A program made the position numbers and the translations under genes. Below, in pieces: positions 28,502 through 37,877 of a DNA stretch of 64,000 nt. Each line of letters starts with the position of its first letter. Within the stretch, counting starts at the first letter, position 1. The stretch is from Thermoproteota archaeon (GTDB lineage Archaea; Korarchaeota; Korarchaeia; Korarchaeales; Korarchaeaceae), in assembly GCA_026986575.1 (NCBI GenBank), contig JALSOH010000004.1:544001-608000 (forward strand), in the 5' to 3' direction. The notes below the pieces were generated by a model, which did no database searches, was not told the origin of the DNA, and was given only the letters and a program-made list of their open reading frames with translations.

Positions 28502-29321
28502 CTAGGAGGGACTCAGCGACCTCCATCATCAGATCCTCATCCGGCTTAATGCCGAACCATATCCTCTCAGCCTCAGCCGCCTGCCTCACGAGCATGGGGA
28601 GGCCGCCGACAGCCTTACAACCCCTCCTCTTGGCCTCCCTCACAAGTACTGTCTCAGGAGGGTTATACACGAGATCGAACACGTAACAACCCGGCTTCAA
28701 GGAGCCGGGATCCAGCGGAACTCCTTCACCCAGCGTGCCGAGGGGAGTAGCGTTGATCAGTAGATCAGCTTTTTCAGCGATTCGAGACCTCTCCTCCCAT
28801 TCCACAGTCACCGCGTCGAGTCCAAGCTTGTTGCATAGGAGGAGGATCTTCCTCACCCGCTCAATCCTCCTAGAGGTCATGTAGACCCTGTCAACCCTCC
28901 CAGAAAGCCCTACGAGTACGGAACGGGCGGCACCACCGGCACCTAGGAGCAGCGCGTTTTCAACACTACGGAGTCCCAGAATTTCTAGGCTATGGAGGAC
29001 GCCACTGACGTCCGTGTTGTAACCCAAGGCTTTTTCCTCGAACCTTATCGTGTTCACAGCACCTACAAGCTTGGCCTCATCGCTCAACCAATCCACGGAG
29101 TCGTGAGCCACCTCCTTATACGGGATCGTCACATTGCAGCCAGCGGCCCCCAGAGCCTTCAATCCATCCAAGGCCTTGGGGAAATCGAGCACATCGAAAG
29201 CCAAGTAGATGGCATTTATCCCCATCCTCTCGTAGGAGGCGTTGTGAATGGCCGGTGAGATCGAGTGGTGCACCGGATGCCCGAGAAGGCATGTGAGCCT
29301 CGTACTCGTGTCTATCCTCAT
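28485..29321 (-). CDS. aroE: shikimate dehydrogenase
   Basis: HSISP.IH, NVTIPYK, GAVNT, GYNTD, GAGGAA. Confidence 0.95.
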   Translation of the reverse strand: MRIDTSTRLTCLLGHPVHHSISPAIHNASYERMGINAIYLAFDVLDFPKALDGLKALGAAGCNVTIPYKEVAHDSVDWLSDEAKLVGAVNTIRFEEKALGYNTDVSGVLHSLEILGLRSVENALLLGAGGAARSVLVGLSGRVDRVYMTSRRIERVRKILLLCNKLGLDAVTVEWEERSRIAEKADLLINATPLGTLGEGVPLDPGSLKPGCYVFDLVYNPPETVLVREAKRRGCKAVGGLPMLVRQAAEAERIWFGIKPDEDLMMEVAESLLGGGNG

Positions 29322-29413
29322 CTCACCATCGAATCCGTCCCTCCTTTTAAGGGATGAGTGCGTCGCCGCCAGCAGATAAGAAGACTTAATTCCTCAACTC
29401 ACTTACTGGCTGG

Positions 29414-30367
29414 GTGCCTATGAAGACCTCCCACGTGGGCAGCTACCCCTTGGACCACTCCCCGGATAATCTGAGAAGGGCGTTCCTCGACACCATAGAC
29501 GCGGGAATTACCGTCCCACCAGTTCCACAGCTCAGACCCTTCACGGACATGTACTTGGAACCCTTGGTGGAGATGGGTCACCTTGAGCCCATAAGGGGCG
29601 GCAAGTACAGGCCCGTCGACCTTCACGGCGAGCCTGAACTACCCAAGCTGGATGAAGTGGAATGGTTCCTCGAGCTGGCCAACGAGATGAACTTCGACCT
29701 GTCCGCGGTCAGGCTCCCCCTCACGGGCCCCTTCACACTAGCGACCAGGGTTGAAGTGGGGGAGGGCGGGATCTTTAATTCACTCCTAGCGGACAAGAGG
29801 GCCCTGTTCGAATTCTTCGTTCCCTACGTGTCGAAGATCGCCGAGAAAATGGATTCCGTGGGTTTCGGGTATATCTTCGTTGACGAGCCGGTTATTGGGC
29901 TCTTGGTGGGGAGGAGGATCCTCTTCGATTACAAGGAGGAGGACATAGTAGAATCGTATGAGCGGGTCTTCTCTGGCGTAAAGGCCCAGAGGGGCACCCA
30001 CATATGCGGGAAACTATCTCCCAAGCTCTCGGACCTACTGATGAAGGTTCCAGTGAGGTATCTGAGCCACGAGTTCTTCGACTCTAGGTCAAACCTCGAG
30101 AGGTTCTCTCGACAGAAGCTGGAGGAAGCAGGCAAGGTGCTCTCTCCCGGCGTGGTGAGTGCGCAGAGCATGGAGGTGGAGGGGAGAGGGGTGGTCAGGG
30201 ATCTCCTCAAGGAGTTGGTGGAAAGATTCGGGGCTGAGAGGATAGATTTGGTCAGCGGGGACTGCGGGTTCGGTGGATTGAAGGCCGCTGGACCCCAAGC
30301 GTATGAAGTGGCCCTAAGTAAGCTCAGAGTGATAGAGGAGGTGGTCACATCCCTACAGAACGAGTGA
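29414..30367 (+). CDS. core (single-domain) MetE-like methionine synthase
   Basis: HVGSYP, TGPFTLA, DEP, Zn ligands HIC...E...DCG; lacks the N-terminal folate-binding half. Confidence 0.8.
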   Translation: MPMKTSHVGSYPLDHSPDNLRRAFLDTIDAGITVPPVPQLRPFTDMYLEPLVEMGHLEPIRGGKYRPVDLHGEPELPKLDEVEWFLELANEMNFDLSAVRLPLTGPFTLATRVEVGEGGIFNSLLADKRALFEFFVPYVSKIAEKMDSVGFGYIFVDEPVIGLLVGRRILFDYKEEDIVESYERVFSGVKAQRGTHICGKLSPKLSDLLMKVPVRYLSHEFFDSRSNLERFSRQKLEEAGKVLSPGVVSAQSMEVEGRGVVRDLLKELVERFGAERIDLVSGDCGFGGLKAAGPQAYEVALSKLRVIEEVVTSLQNE

Positions 30368-31968
30368 GAGTGAGGATCCTACCTGTTGGCATGGAGGTCG
30401 AGGTGGACAAGGGCGAACTACTATCGGATATACTAAGCAGGACCGTATCATTCCCTTTGCCGTGTGGGGGTGCTGGATACTGCGGCGGATGCTCTGTGCG
30501 CGTGCTTGAGGGGGAGGTGACCCCTCCGAGCAGGGAGGAGCAACTGATCGGAGTGATAGAGAAGGGGCTGAGGCTGGCTTGCAGGACTAGGGTGATGGGG
30601 GATGTGGCGGTTGAGGTCCCCAGAATAACCCCCGTGGCCACGGTCTCGGGAATGATGCCCCGATTCGAGCTGAATCCCTTGATCAGTAAATCCGGACCTA
30701 GAGATATGGCTCTCCCCAGATCCCTCCCTGAACCTTCACTCAGCTTCAAAGGGATTGCATTCCGCTCCGGAGGAGGGGAAATCGGACTTGCGGTGGATCT
30801 CGGGACTACCAACATATCCGGATCACTGCTCGACCTGAGGAGCGGGAGACCTATGGTGGAGGGGTTCGCGAGGAACCCCCAAGTGTCGAGGGGAGCTGAT
30901 GTGATCACTAGGATGGAGAAGGCCCTTGAAGGCGAGGGTGAGGTGCTGAAGGGTCTAGCGATCCAGGGCATAGAGGATCTGGCCTCGAAGCTATGTAAAG
31001 CTGCAGATATCAGGGAGGATGATATATCCATAGTCTCGGTAGTCGGAAACTCGGTGATGCACGCGCTCCTCCTTGGATTGCCCGTCGATTCCCTATCTGT
31101 AGCGCCGTTCGAGCCTCCTCTCAAGATGTGGGTCTCCGGGCCAGCGGAGGAGGCCGGATTTGAGAAGCTGTCCGAGAGCTGGCTCGTGGTCCCCCCACCA
31201 CTGGCAGGCTTCGTCGGTTCCGATGCCTTATCCGACCTGATAGTTGCTGAGATGCTGGAGCTGGAGAGACCCTATCTCCTGATCGACTTGGGGACGAACA
31301 CCGAGGTGATGCTGGTGACGGACGATGTGCTGACTACCAGCGCGCCGGCAGGCTCCGCCTTCGAATCTAATGTCCCGTCTGGGGTGGGCGGCGTTCGGGG
31401 AGCAATAAATAGGGTGAGAGTCACCGAGGGAGGGATTGAGGTGGAGGTGGAGGGAAGACCCGTGGGTCTGAGCGGCTCAGGACTCATCTCCGCCGTGGCT
31501 GAGATGCTGAGGTGGGGTCTCCTTTCAGAGAACGGGAGGATGTCCAAGGAGCTGGAGGGAAGGCTCAGGCTAGTGGACTCCCCGAGGATAGAGGTGACGC
31601 AGAGGGATGTGAGAGAGGTCCAGAAGGCAGTGGCTGCAGTGTACTCGGCTTGGAGGATCCTAATGCGGAGGAAAGGCTTAAGCTATGAGGACTTAAAGGG
31701 GGTCTACCTCGCCGGTACCTTCGGGAGTCACGTGGATCCGTCGGATGCCATTGAGATAGGCCTCATCCCTTCAGTTGATCCGGGAAAGGTGATCTCTCTA
31801 GGTAACACAGCGTTATCAGGGGCTAAACTCTTTATACTGAGTGAGGACGCGTTCAACAGGTTCAACAAGCTGTACTCCATGGCTACTTATGTAGATCTGG
31901 CCAGAGACCCCGAATTTAGTGATGTCTTCATAGAGGGGACGTACCTGAGGAGAAGGCTCCACTCTTGA
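30364..31968 (+). CDS. ATP-dependent reductive activator of corrinoid proteins (RACo/DUF4445, 2Fe-2S + ASKHA)
   Basis: CGGAGYCGGC...RLAC, AVDLGTT, NPQ...GADVITR, GFVGSD, IDLGTNTE, TQ.D.RE.Q. Confidence 0.88.
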   Translation: MRVRILPVGMEVEVDKGELLSDILSRTVSFPLPCGGAGYCGGCSVRVLEGEVTPPSREEQLIGVIEKGLRLACRTRVMGDVAVEVPRITPVATVSGMMPRFELNPLISKSGPRDMALPRSLPEPSLSFKGIAFRSGGGEIGLAVDLGTTNISGSLLDLRSGRPMVEGFARNPQVSRGADVITRMEKALEGEGEVLKGLAIQGIEDLASKLCKAADIREDDISIVSVVGNSVMHALLLGLPVDSLSVAPFEPPLKMWVSGPAEEAGFEKLSESWLVVPPPLAGFVGSDALSDLIVAEMLELERPYLLIDLGTNTEVMLVTDDVLTTSAPAGSAFESNVPSGVGGVRGAINRVRVTEGGIEVEVEGRPVGLSGSGLISAVAEMLRWGLLSENGRMSKELEGRLRLVDSPRIEVTQRDVREVQKAVAAVYSAWRILMRRKGLSYEDLKGVYLAGTFGSHVDPSDAIEIGLIPSVDPGKVISLGNTALSGAKLFILSEDAFNRFNKLYSMATYVDLARDPEFSDVFIEGTYLRRRLHS

Positions 31969-31991
31969 ACTTTTACCCCGACAACCTTTAA

Positions 31992-32028
31992 TAGTTCCGA
32001 GGCGGAACTAAGTTCCGAGGCGGAACTA
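31992..32028. repeat. tandem 18-bp direct repeat, each unit an inverted repeat (AGTTCCG-AGG-CGGAACT)
   Basis: AGTTCCGAGGCGGAACTA at 31993-32010 and 32011-32028, immediately before ATG 32029. Confidence 0.9.
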
Positions 32029-33042
32029 ATGCTATTCGACCTGAGGCCCAAGAAATCTAGAAAAGACCTCTTCGACAGGGAATGGGAGCTAGAGGAGCTG
32101 GAAAGAGCCTCTAGCAGATATCCTCTCATCCTACTGTTGGGTATTAGGAGGATAGGTAAGACTAGCGTGGCTTGGTGCTTCCTAGAGGGGAAGAGGGGAT
32201 TCTTAATTGACATGAGAGGCGTCGTCCGGCGGGCTGATCTCTACGAGAGGGTGGCTAGAGGACTTGAGGGATCATTAAGCAAGATGAGAAGGTTCCTGAG
32301 GGGTATAAGGGGCATTAAGATAGCAGGCGCTGAGGTTGAGATCCAGTGGAGAGGAATGGATTCCCTGAGCCTCACAGGTCTTCTGACAGAATTGAACAAG
32401 CTGGGTGAGTTCGTCGTGATCTTGGACGAGGTCCAGCATCTGAGGCAACCCCTCATGTCCGAGGTGAGGGAGATGATAGCCTACGCCTACGATAATCTGG
32501 ACAACGTGACCATCATCCTCACGGGCTCGGAGATAGGCATGCTCAGAAGGTTCCTCAGGCTCGAAGATCCATCCTCCCCCCTCTATGGGAGGTACGCATA
32601 CGAGGTCGAGGTGAGAAGGTTCACCAAGGAGCAATCCAAGAAGTTCTTGGTTAAGGGGTTCAGGGAAATAGGAATGGAACCGCCGATGGAGGAAGTAGAG
32701 AAGGCCGTGGAATTCTTCGACGGGATAGTGGGATGGCTTGTCATTTTCGGTAAATCCTATGCAGAGGGTAAAGGGGACTTCGAGACCATAACGGAGATGG
32801 CCATTAGGATGGCCATCACCGAGTTAATGAAACTCGATCCTAGGGAGAAACTCGTCCTCAAGGCCGTTGCCAAGGGGGCAAGGAGCTGGAGCCAGGTGAG
32901 AGAGCTGATAGAGGAGAAGGAAGGAGCTGTAATACCTAAATCCTCCCTGTCCAGAACAATCAAGAGGCTGGAGAGGCTAAGCCTCATCAAGGACTATGAA
33001 TTCCTAGATCCCGTTTACGAGAGAGCTGCACTGAGACTGTAG
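32029..33042 (+). CDS. archaeal AAA ATPase with C-terminal wHTH
   Basis: LFD.RPK...DLFDRE.E, GIRRIGKTS, ILDEVQ, TGSE.G, PLYGR. Confidence 0.9.
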   Translation: MLFDLRPKKSRKDLFDREWELEELERASSRYPLILLLGIRRIGKTSVAWCFLEGKRGFLIDMRGVVRRADLYERVARGLEGSLSKMRRFLRGIRGIKIAGAEVEIQWRGMDSLSLTGLLTELNKLGEFVVILDEVQHLRQPLMSEVREMIAYAYDNLDNVTIILTGSEIGMLRRFLRLEDPSSPLYGRYAYEVEVRRFTKEQSKKFLVKGFREIGMEPPMEEVEKAVEFFDGIVGWLVIFGKSYAEGKGDFETITEMAIRMAITELMKLDPREKLVLKAVAKGARSWSQVRELIEEKEGAVIPKSSLSRTIKRLERLSLIKDYEFLDPVYERAALRL

Positions 33043-33109
33043 CTCCTACCCATGATGTGTGGAGCGAATCGCACTTCAACTTAAATTAGTTGAATAGCCC
33101 CTTAGGGCA

Positions 33110-34123
33110 ATGCCAGCGAGCTCCAAGGAGTTCTTCCTATTAGCTGATGGTTCTCCGGATGACGTGATCAGGAAAGTTAGTGAGATGGGCTTTAAAATAG
33201 TTGCTCTATCCTCGGAAGCGAAGGAAAGGACTAAAAACCTCGTAGATCCGGAGCACATCGTGAGGGTCGAGGAATGGCCCTCCAAGGGGGAGATCACTCT
33301 AGTGAGGATAAAAGGACCTGAGGACATGTCAGTGGTCGAGGAGACTGCCTCCACGGGCAAGGTGCTCATTGACAGCGAGGGGTGGAAGATAATCCCCCTA
33401 GAAAACCTGATAGCTAGTCTGGGTGGGGGCGACAGGATATATACGATAGCTGAGACGCTAGATGAAGCTAGATCCCTGCTGGGAGTACTGGAAGTGGGAA
33501 TAAAGGGCGTTGTGATGCCGCTGAAAGATCCCAGCGAGTTAAAAGACGTAATGAGAATGTTGGAGGAAGCCTCTCCCCTTCAACTGGTCGTGGCCGAGGT
33601 CACGGAGGTCAAAGAGGTCGGTATGGGAGACAGAGTGTGCGTGGATACGACATCCCTCCTCTCCAAGGGCGAAGGGATGCTTGTAGGGGGATCAGCCTCC
33701 TTCTTCCTCTTGGTTCACAGCGAGAACATAGAATCCCCATTCACCTCACCTAGAGAGTTCAGGGTGAACGCGGGAGCAGTCTCCAACTACATCTTGGTGC
33801 CCGGCGGGAAGACCAAGTACCTATCGGAGGTCAAGTCTGGAACTGAGGTACTTACTGTCACGAAGGATGGTAAGAGGAGGGCGGTGAGCGTCGGGAGGGC
33901 CAAGGTGGAGAGGAGGCCCCTGGTGCTGGTGAGGGCCAAGTCTCAGGATGCTGAGGGATGGGCGGTGCTGCAGCTTGCTGAAACGGTGCCCCTCATGAAA
34001 CCAGACGGAACCCCTATACCGGTCAGCGAGGTGAAGCCGGGAGATCAGATCTTAGCGTATGTGGAGGAGAAGAAGGCAAGACACTTCGGTATGGCAGTGG
34101 ACGAGTTCATAGAAGAGAGGTAA
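33110..34123 (+). CDS. 3-dehydroquinate synthase II
   Basis: WKIIPLENLIA, GDRVCVDT, FRVNAGAV, RHFG....E.I.ER. Confidence 0.93.
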   Translation: MPASSKEFFLLADGSPDDVIRKVSEMGFKIVALSSEAKERTKNLVDPEHIVRVEEWPSKGEITLVRIKGPEDMSVVEETASTGKVLIDSEGWKIIPLENLIASLGGGDRIYTIAETLDEARSLLGVLEVGIKGVVMPLKDPSELKDVMRMLEEASPLQLVVAEVTEVKEVGMGDRVCVDTTSLLSKGEGMLVGGSASFFLLVHSENIESPFTSPREFRVNAGAVSNYILVPGGKTKYLSEVKSGTEVLTVTKDGKRRAVSVGRAKVERRPLVLVRAKSQDAEGWAVLQLAETVPLMKPDGTPIPVSEVKPGDQILAYVEEKKARHFGMAVDEFIEER

Positions 34124-34166
34124 AGGGAAGTGAAGGGGGCAGGGAGCTTACTAGATCAACACCCGC

Positions 34167-34598
34167 TCAGAGCTCTATCCCGAACTTAGGAGCTATTTCT
34201 TGTCTGAAGTAGTCTATCGCGAAGACAACCGAGTTGAACTCGCTGGTGAAGATGTCCTTGTTCATTCCCGAGACGGGAATGGTCTTGCTGGATCCTAGGT
34301 TGCCCTCCTCATCCACATCGTACCTTACTTCCGCGAGCGTATAGTGGGCGTTGAGCAGTGCCCTGTAGAACTCCGCACTATCCGGTACCTTTCCACTCTC
34401 CAGTATGGTGGTCCTTATGGCCACCCAGTCGTCACCTACGAGGACGAACACCCAGTACTCGCCGTCCCCAACCTTCCAGAGAGAAGCTATGACACCCTCC
34501 TCCTTCTGATACTTCACACCCATTCCGTTGAGGAACTCCTCTATCTGGGATTCCACTTCAATAGACAGAAGATCACCTAGTTGACCCACAGTGAGCAA
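34167..34598 (-). CDS. YbjN/T3SS-chaperone-like fold protein
   Basis: Acidic 143 aa with FY..LL.A......Y.VDEEG pattern. Confidence 0.55.
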   Translation of the reverse strand: MLTVGQLGDLLSIEVESQIEEFLNGMGVKYQKEEGVIASLWKVGDGEYWVFVLVGDDWVAIRTTILESGKVPDSAEFYRALLNAHYTLAEVRYDVDEEGNLGSSKTIPVSGMNKDIFTSEFNSVVFAIDYFRQEIAPKFGIEL

Positions 34599-34606
34599 TA
34601 ATAAGT

Positions 34607-35152
34607 ATGCCTATAATGTCGGGAGCGATAGAGATGCTCGTGGCAGTTGGCTCGATCAATCCCTTGAAGATCGAAGCGGTTAGGAAGGCCTTCTCCTCGG
34701 TATGGGAGGTCGAAGTGAGGGGCATCGAGGTGGACAGCGGTGTCTCTCCCGAACCAGTTGGTCAGGAGGCCATCGTAGGTGCTATGAACAGGGCTAGAAA
34801 GGCGATGGCCGCTCTGAATGCGGACTTCGGCGTGGGTATAGAAGGAGGCGTCTTCCACTTGGGTGGCCGGTACTACTGCGCTGGCTTCGTCTGGGTGGAG
34901 AGGAAGGACGGCATTTACGGTACGGGCACCAGCGGGTGGTTCGAATGCCCGAAAAGTTTCACAGCTAGTCTGCTCACCGGTGTGGAGCTCGGGGATCTCA
35001 TGGCAGAGATAAGCGGGAAGGCCGAGATAAAGAGGGAAGAGGGGGCGATAGGCTACTTCACCAGGGGTGTAGTGAGCAGGACCGACCTGTACACACATGG
35101 CGTGCTGATGGCCCTAGCCAAGTTCATCGCGGGTGATAGGTGGCCGGGATGA
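34607..35152 (+). CDS. inosine/xanthosine triphosphatase (YjjX/DUF84)
   Basis: VGS.NP.K..AV, SGV..P, GA.NRA, GIEGG, GAIG..T. Confidence 0.9.
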   Translation: MPIMSGAIEMLVAVGSINPLKIEAVRKAFSSVWEVEVRGIEVDSGVSPEPVGQEAIVGAMNRARKAMAALNADFGVGIEGGVFHLGGRYYCAGFVWVERKDGIYGTGTSGWFECPKSFTASLLTGVELGDLMAEISGKAEIKREEGAIGYFTRGVVSRTDLYTHGVLMALAKFIAGDRWPG

Positions 35153-35156
35153 TAGC

Positions 35157-35672
35157 ATGATGATCGTGGCTCTCTTGGGAGGGAGGAAGGATCTACTCTA
35201 TAAACCGTTGGTCAACATGCTGGCTAGCTCCGGATACAGGGTCGCTGCAGCTGTTCAGCTGAGGAAGGTCGGACTCACTAAAGAGATGAGGGAGTTGGCC
35301 GAAGCGGGGGCCGGTCTGATAGTGGCACATTCAACCAACAGGGTGGTTCTATCGACGACGTATGTGCCAGACGCCTTAGATGAGATTAGGAGGATGGTGG
35401 GCTGCTTGGCGCCTGTGGATCCTGATGCCCTCATTCTACTCGGATTCCAGAAGTTGGTGCGAGATGATGAGAGGATTCTAAAAGCCTTAGCTGTGTGGAG
35501 CGCCAAGGAAGCCGAGTCCCTGCTTGCCGAGATCGCCCCTCCGGTCGTAGGAGTGTACTCCGAGAGAGGGGATTATCCTAGAGGATACTCCACACCAGAG
35601 GAGCTGGCAAATGCTATAGTGGATGAGGGAATGAGGAGGAGACTGATCCAGCCGAGAGTCATTAGACCTTGA
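35157..35672 (+). CDS. degenerate MobB-like protein
   Basis: GYRVA, AGA..IV, D.LILLGF resemble MobB, but the GKT P-loop is missing. Confidence 0.45.
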   Translation: MMIVALLGGRKDLLYKPLVNMLASSGYRVAAAVQLRKVGLTKEMRELAEAGAGLIVAHSTNRVVLSTTYVPDALDEIRRMVGCLAPVDPDALILLGFQKLVRDDERILKALAVWSAKEAESLLAEIAPPVVGVYSERGDYPRGYSTPEELANAIVDEGMRRRLIQPRVIRP

Positions 35673-35880
35673 TTGTAATAAAGCGATGTAAGATAGACTT
35701 GGGGTATGGAGACTCATGCAGCGCCTTAATCGCCACTCACTTATGTAAAAGAAATGACACAATTTGTCTAAAATAGACTGCTCAATCCAGCGCATTCCCT
35801 AATATTTAGCTAGGGTTATTTGCCTCTTACCGAGAAAAATTTATAAAGGTTAATGTAGCAACATTATTACGGTGATTGTT

Positions 35881-36267
35881 ATGTTTTCTAAGGAAACCCC
35901 CCATAATAGATCATCATATCTTCTGTTGTTAATTGCTTCAATAGTTGCAATAACCTTGTTAACTGCACCCACAGTAGCTCCCGTAATGGCATTACCAAAC
36001 AACCAAGATATTGAACCTATGACCATCCATACCTGCTTCTATGACTATAGGTATCTACCTCCTCAGGGAGGCGATGTAGTAAGGTATCCCGCAGAGTATC
36101 CATACACAGAGGTGGATAGGGTCAGGATAGTCTATGCGAATCTCAATCCAAGTGACTACTACTGGGACTGGTGGTGGGATCATCATTATCTCAGGATAAT
36201 CATAATAAACTATTCAGAGGCTCTTCCCTTGAAAATAAAATGGCAAGTTTGCTTGACATATCACTAA
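35881..36267 (+). CDS. secreted pre-pro-peptide, aromatic-rich, 2 Cys
   Basis: GGTGA RBS, hydrophobic signal ending VMA, DIEPM spacer, terminal Cys pair. Confidence 0.65.
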   Translation: MFSKETPHNRSSYLLLLIASIVAITLLTAPTVAPVMALPNNQDIEPMTIHTCFYDYRYLPPQGGDVVRYPAEYPYTEVDRVRIVYANLNPSDYYWDWWWDHHYLRIIIINYSEALPLKIKWQVCLTYH

Positions 36268-36294
36268 AACCACTGGAATATAAGGGGGTGACCC

Positions 36295-37038
36295 ATGAAA
36301 AAAGGAATCCTGTCCTTAGTTGGCCTCATCCTGATAGTTATAGTAGTGGCTCTATCACTTACAAATCCCGCTTGGATATTTGGAAAAGAAGAGAACATCT
36401 ACATGGTAGGTTTTGGATACGATAAGAAAGAAATAAACTTGATCGCTGAGAGACTTAATGAGAACAAGATACCTTATTCTATCGTTTTAAGAGTTAAAGG
36501 AGAACTTCCCCATGAGGCGCTTGAGGCAACAGGCGAACTAGACAAAGCAAGGGCCTTTCTGCTTAAAAAGGGGATCAACCTCTCCAAACAAGATCGAATC
36601 ACATTCCGTCTGGGTGTAGACCTACTCGGAATGGACAGGAGAACTATAATGAGGTTGTTCGGGCACAAATATCCCATTAACATCCCGCAGGATTGTATTG
36701 TATCAGAACCAATCTTTGAAGCCTTGAAAAAAGCTTATGGAAAGAATGTGGGTGATTGGATTAAAATTAGCATATATACGGGGAGGTCATATCTGAAAAT
36801 CTCGTGCCACATGGTAGGCGCCTTTCCAGAAAGGAGTTCTCTACCATCTTACACTATAGTGATGGACAGGAAGTTCTTGGAAAATGGCATTCAGAATTAT
36901 GTCCACTTATCGGAGGAATTTTTACAATTAAGTAACTTTTCCGACGAAATTATTGTATTATACGTAAGTGATGTTAAGAAGCTAGATGCGATAGAGAAAT
37001 TACTGGGATGCAGCGAATGTTTGATTCCACTTGGATGA
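36295..37038 (+). CDS. membrane-anchored protein with MacB/ABC-permease extracellular-like domain
   Basis: N-terminal TM, IVSE......G..VGD.I.I and VG.F...IVM pattern. Confidence 0.5.
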   Translation: MKKGILSLVGLILIVIVVALSLTNPAWIFGKEENIYMVGFGYDKKEINLIAERLNENKIPYSIVLRVKGELPHEALEATGELDKARAFLLKKGINLSKQDRITFRLGVDLLGMDRRTIMRLFGHKYPINIPQDCIVSEPIFEALKKAYGKNVGDWIKISIYTGRSYLKISCHMVGAFPERSSLPSYTIVMDRKFLENGIQNYVHLSEEFLQLSNFSDEIIVLYVSDVKKLDAIEKLLGCSECLIPLG

Positions 37039-37179
37039 TCTTCCTGATCACAAAAATTTTTTGCTATTCTCCTTTACTAATCTTCCTCATTTATATAAAT
37101 CCTTATAATAGCTTGGTCTTCACAGCACGGAATTTTTCTAATGTTAACCTTAAGTAGGTGAGGCTAGGAGGTCGAATGG

Positions 37180-37515
37180 ATGATCCAAATGCTGGAACTC
37201 TACTTGGAGGTAACCGAGGTTAGGAAGACTCCCTCTGGGATAGTTCTCTCTCTGAGCAGACCTAGAGGGGTTGAGGAAGTTCCTCCTCCGGAAAGTGAGG
37301 AGGAGGCCATGATGTTCCAAGTCGTGAGGGCCATGGAGAAGTACATGAAGCTTCCCTTGCCGATGGGCCAAGTGCAGGTGCCCACCGTGACGATAACCCT
37401 AACGATCGACGAATATGAGAGCTTGGGGAGACCTACTGTCGGAGATATGATCAAGCTGACCATGAAGAAGGGAGAGGTCAGGAGCTTCTCCCCTGGCGGC
37501 AGGATGGAGTACTGA
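37180..37515 (+). CDS. arcadin-1-like protein
   Basis: SEEE.....VV....P.....VP.VTITLT.DEYE.LG.P.VGD.I.L resembles crenarchaeal arcadin-1. Confidence 0.6.
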   Translation: MIQMLELYLEVTEVRKTPSGIVLSLSRPRGVEEVPPPESEEEAMMFQVVRAMEKYMKLPLPMGQVQVPTVTITLTIDEYESLGRPTVGDMIKLTMKKGEVRSFSPGGRMEY

Positions 37516-37568
37516 GGGGAAGGAGCCAGCGGTGGGAACGATTTTAACGGACCTTCCCCACCTTCATC

Positions 37569-37868
37569 ATGATGCCCATAGAGGAGGCCATAACCGTTAG
37601 CAAGAAGGGTAAAAGGGAAATTAGGACGCTGGTGTCTAGGGGGAGGTTCGCTCTGATAGAGTACAGGGATCCAGTAACCAAGGAGAGAACGGAGGACAAG
37701 TACAAGCTGGTCCTCTACCACGAGGACGGAAGAGTAGATGAGTACTTCATAATCCCAACGAAGACACCTCACCGTCAACTCCTGATAGAGCCCAAGGAGA
37801 AGAAGGGTATGAAGCTGAAGGTCTGGAACCCCAAGACGAATCAGGTCGAGGACATGTTTCCTAAGTAA
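37569..37868 (+). CDS. hypothetical basic protein
   Basis: 99-aa ORF with host-like codon use. Confidence 0.55.
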   Translation: MMPIEEAITVSKKGKREIRTLVSRGRFALIEYRDPVTKERTEDKYKLVLYHEDGRVDEYFIIPTKTPHRQLLIEPKEKKGMKLKVWNPKTNQVEDMFPK

Positions 37869-37877
37869 AAATAGAGA

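Noticed and set aside
31992-32028. Possible mini-CRISPR
   Set aside because: Only two adjacent 18-bp units, with no spacer and no cas genes
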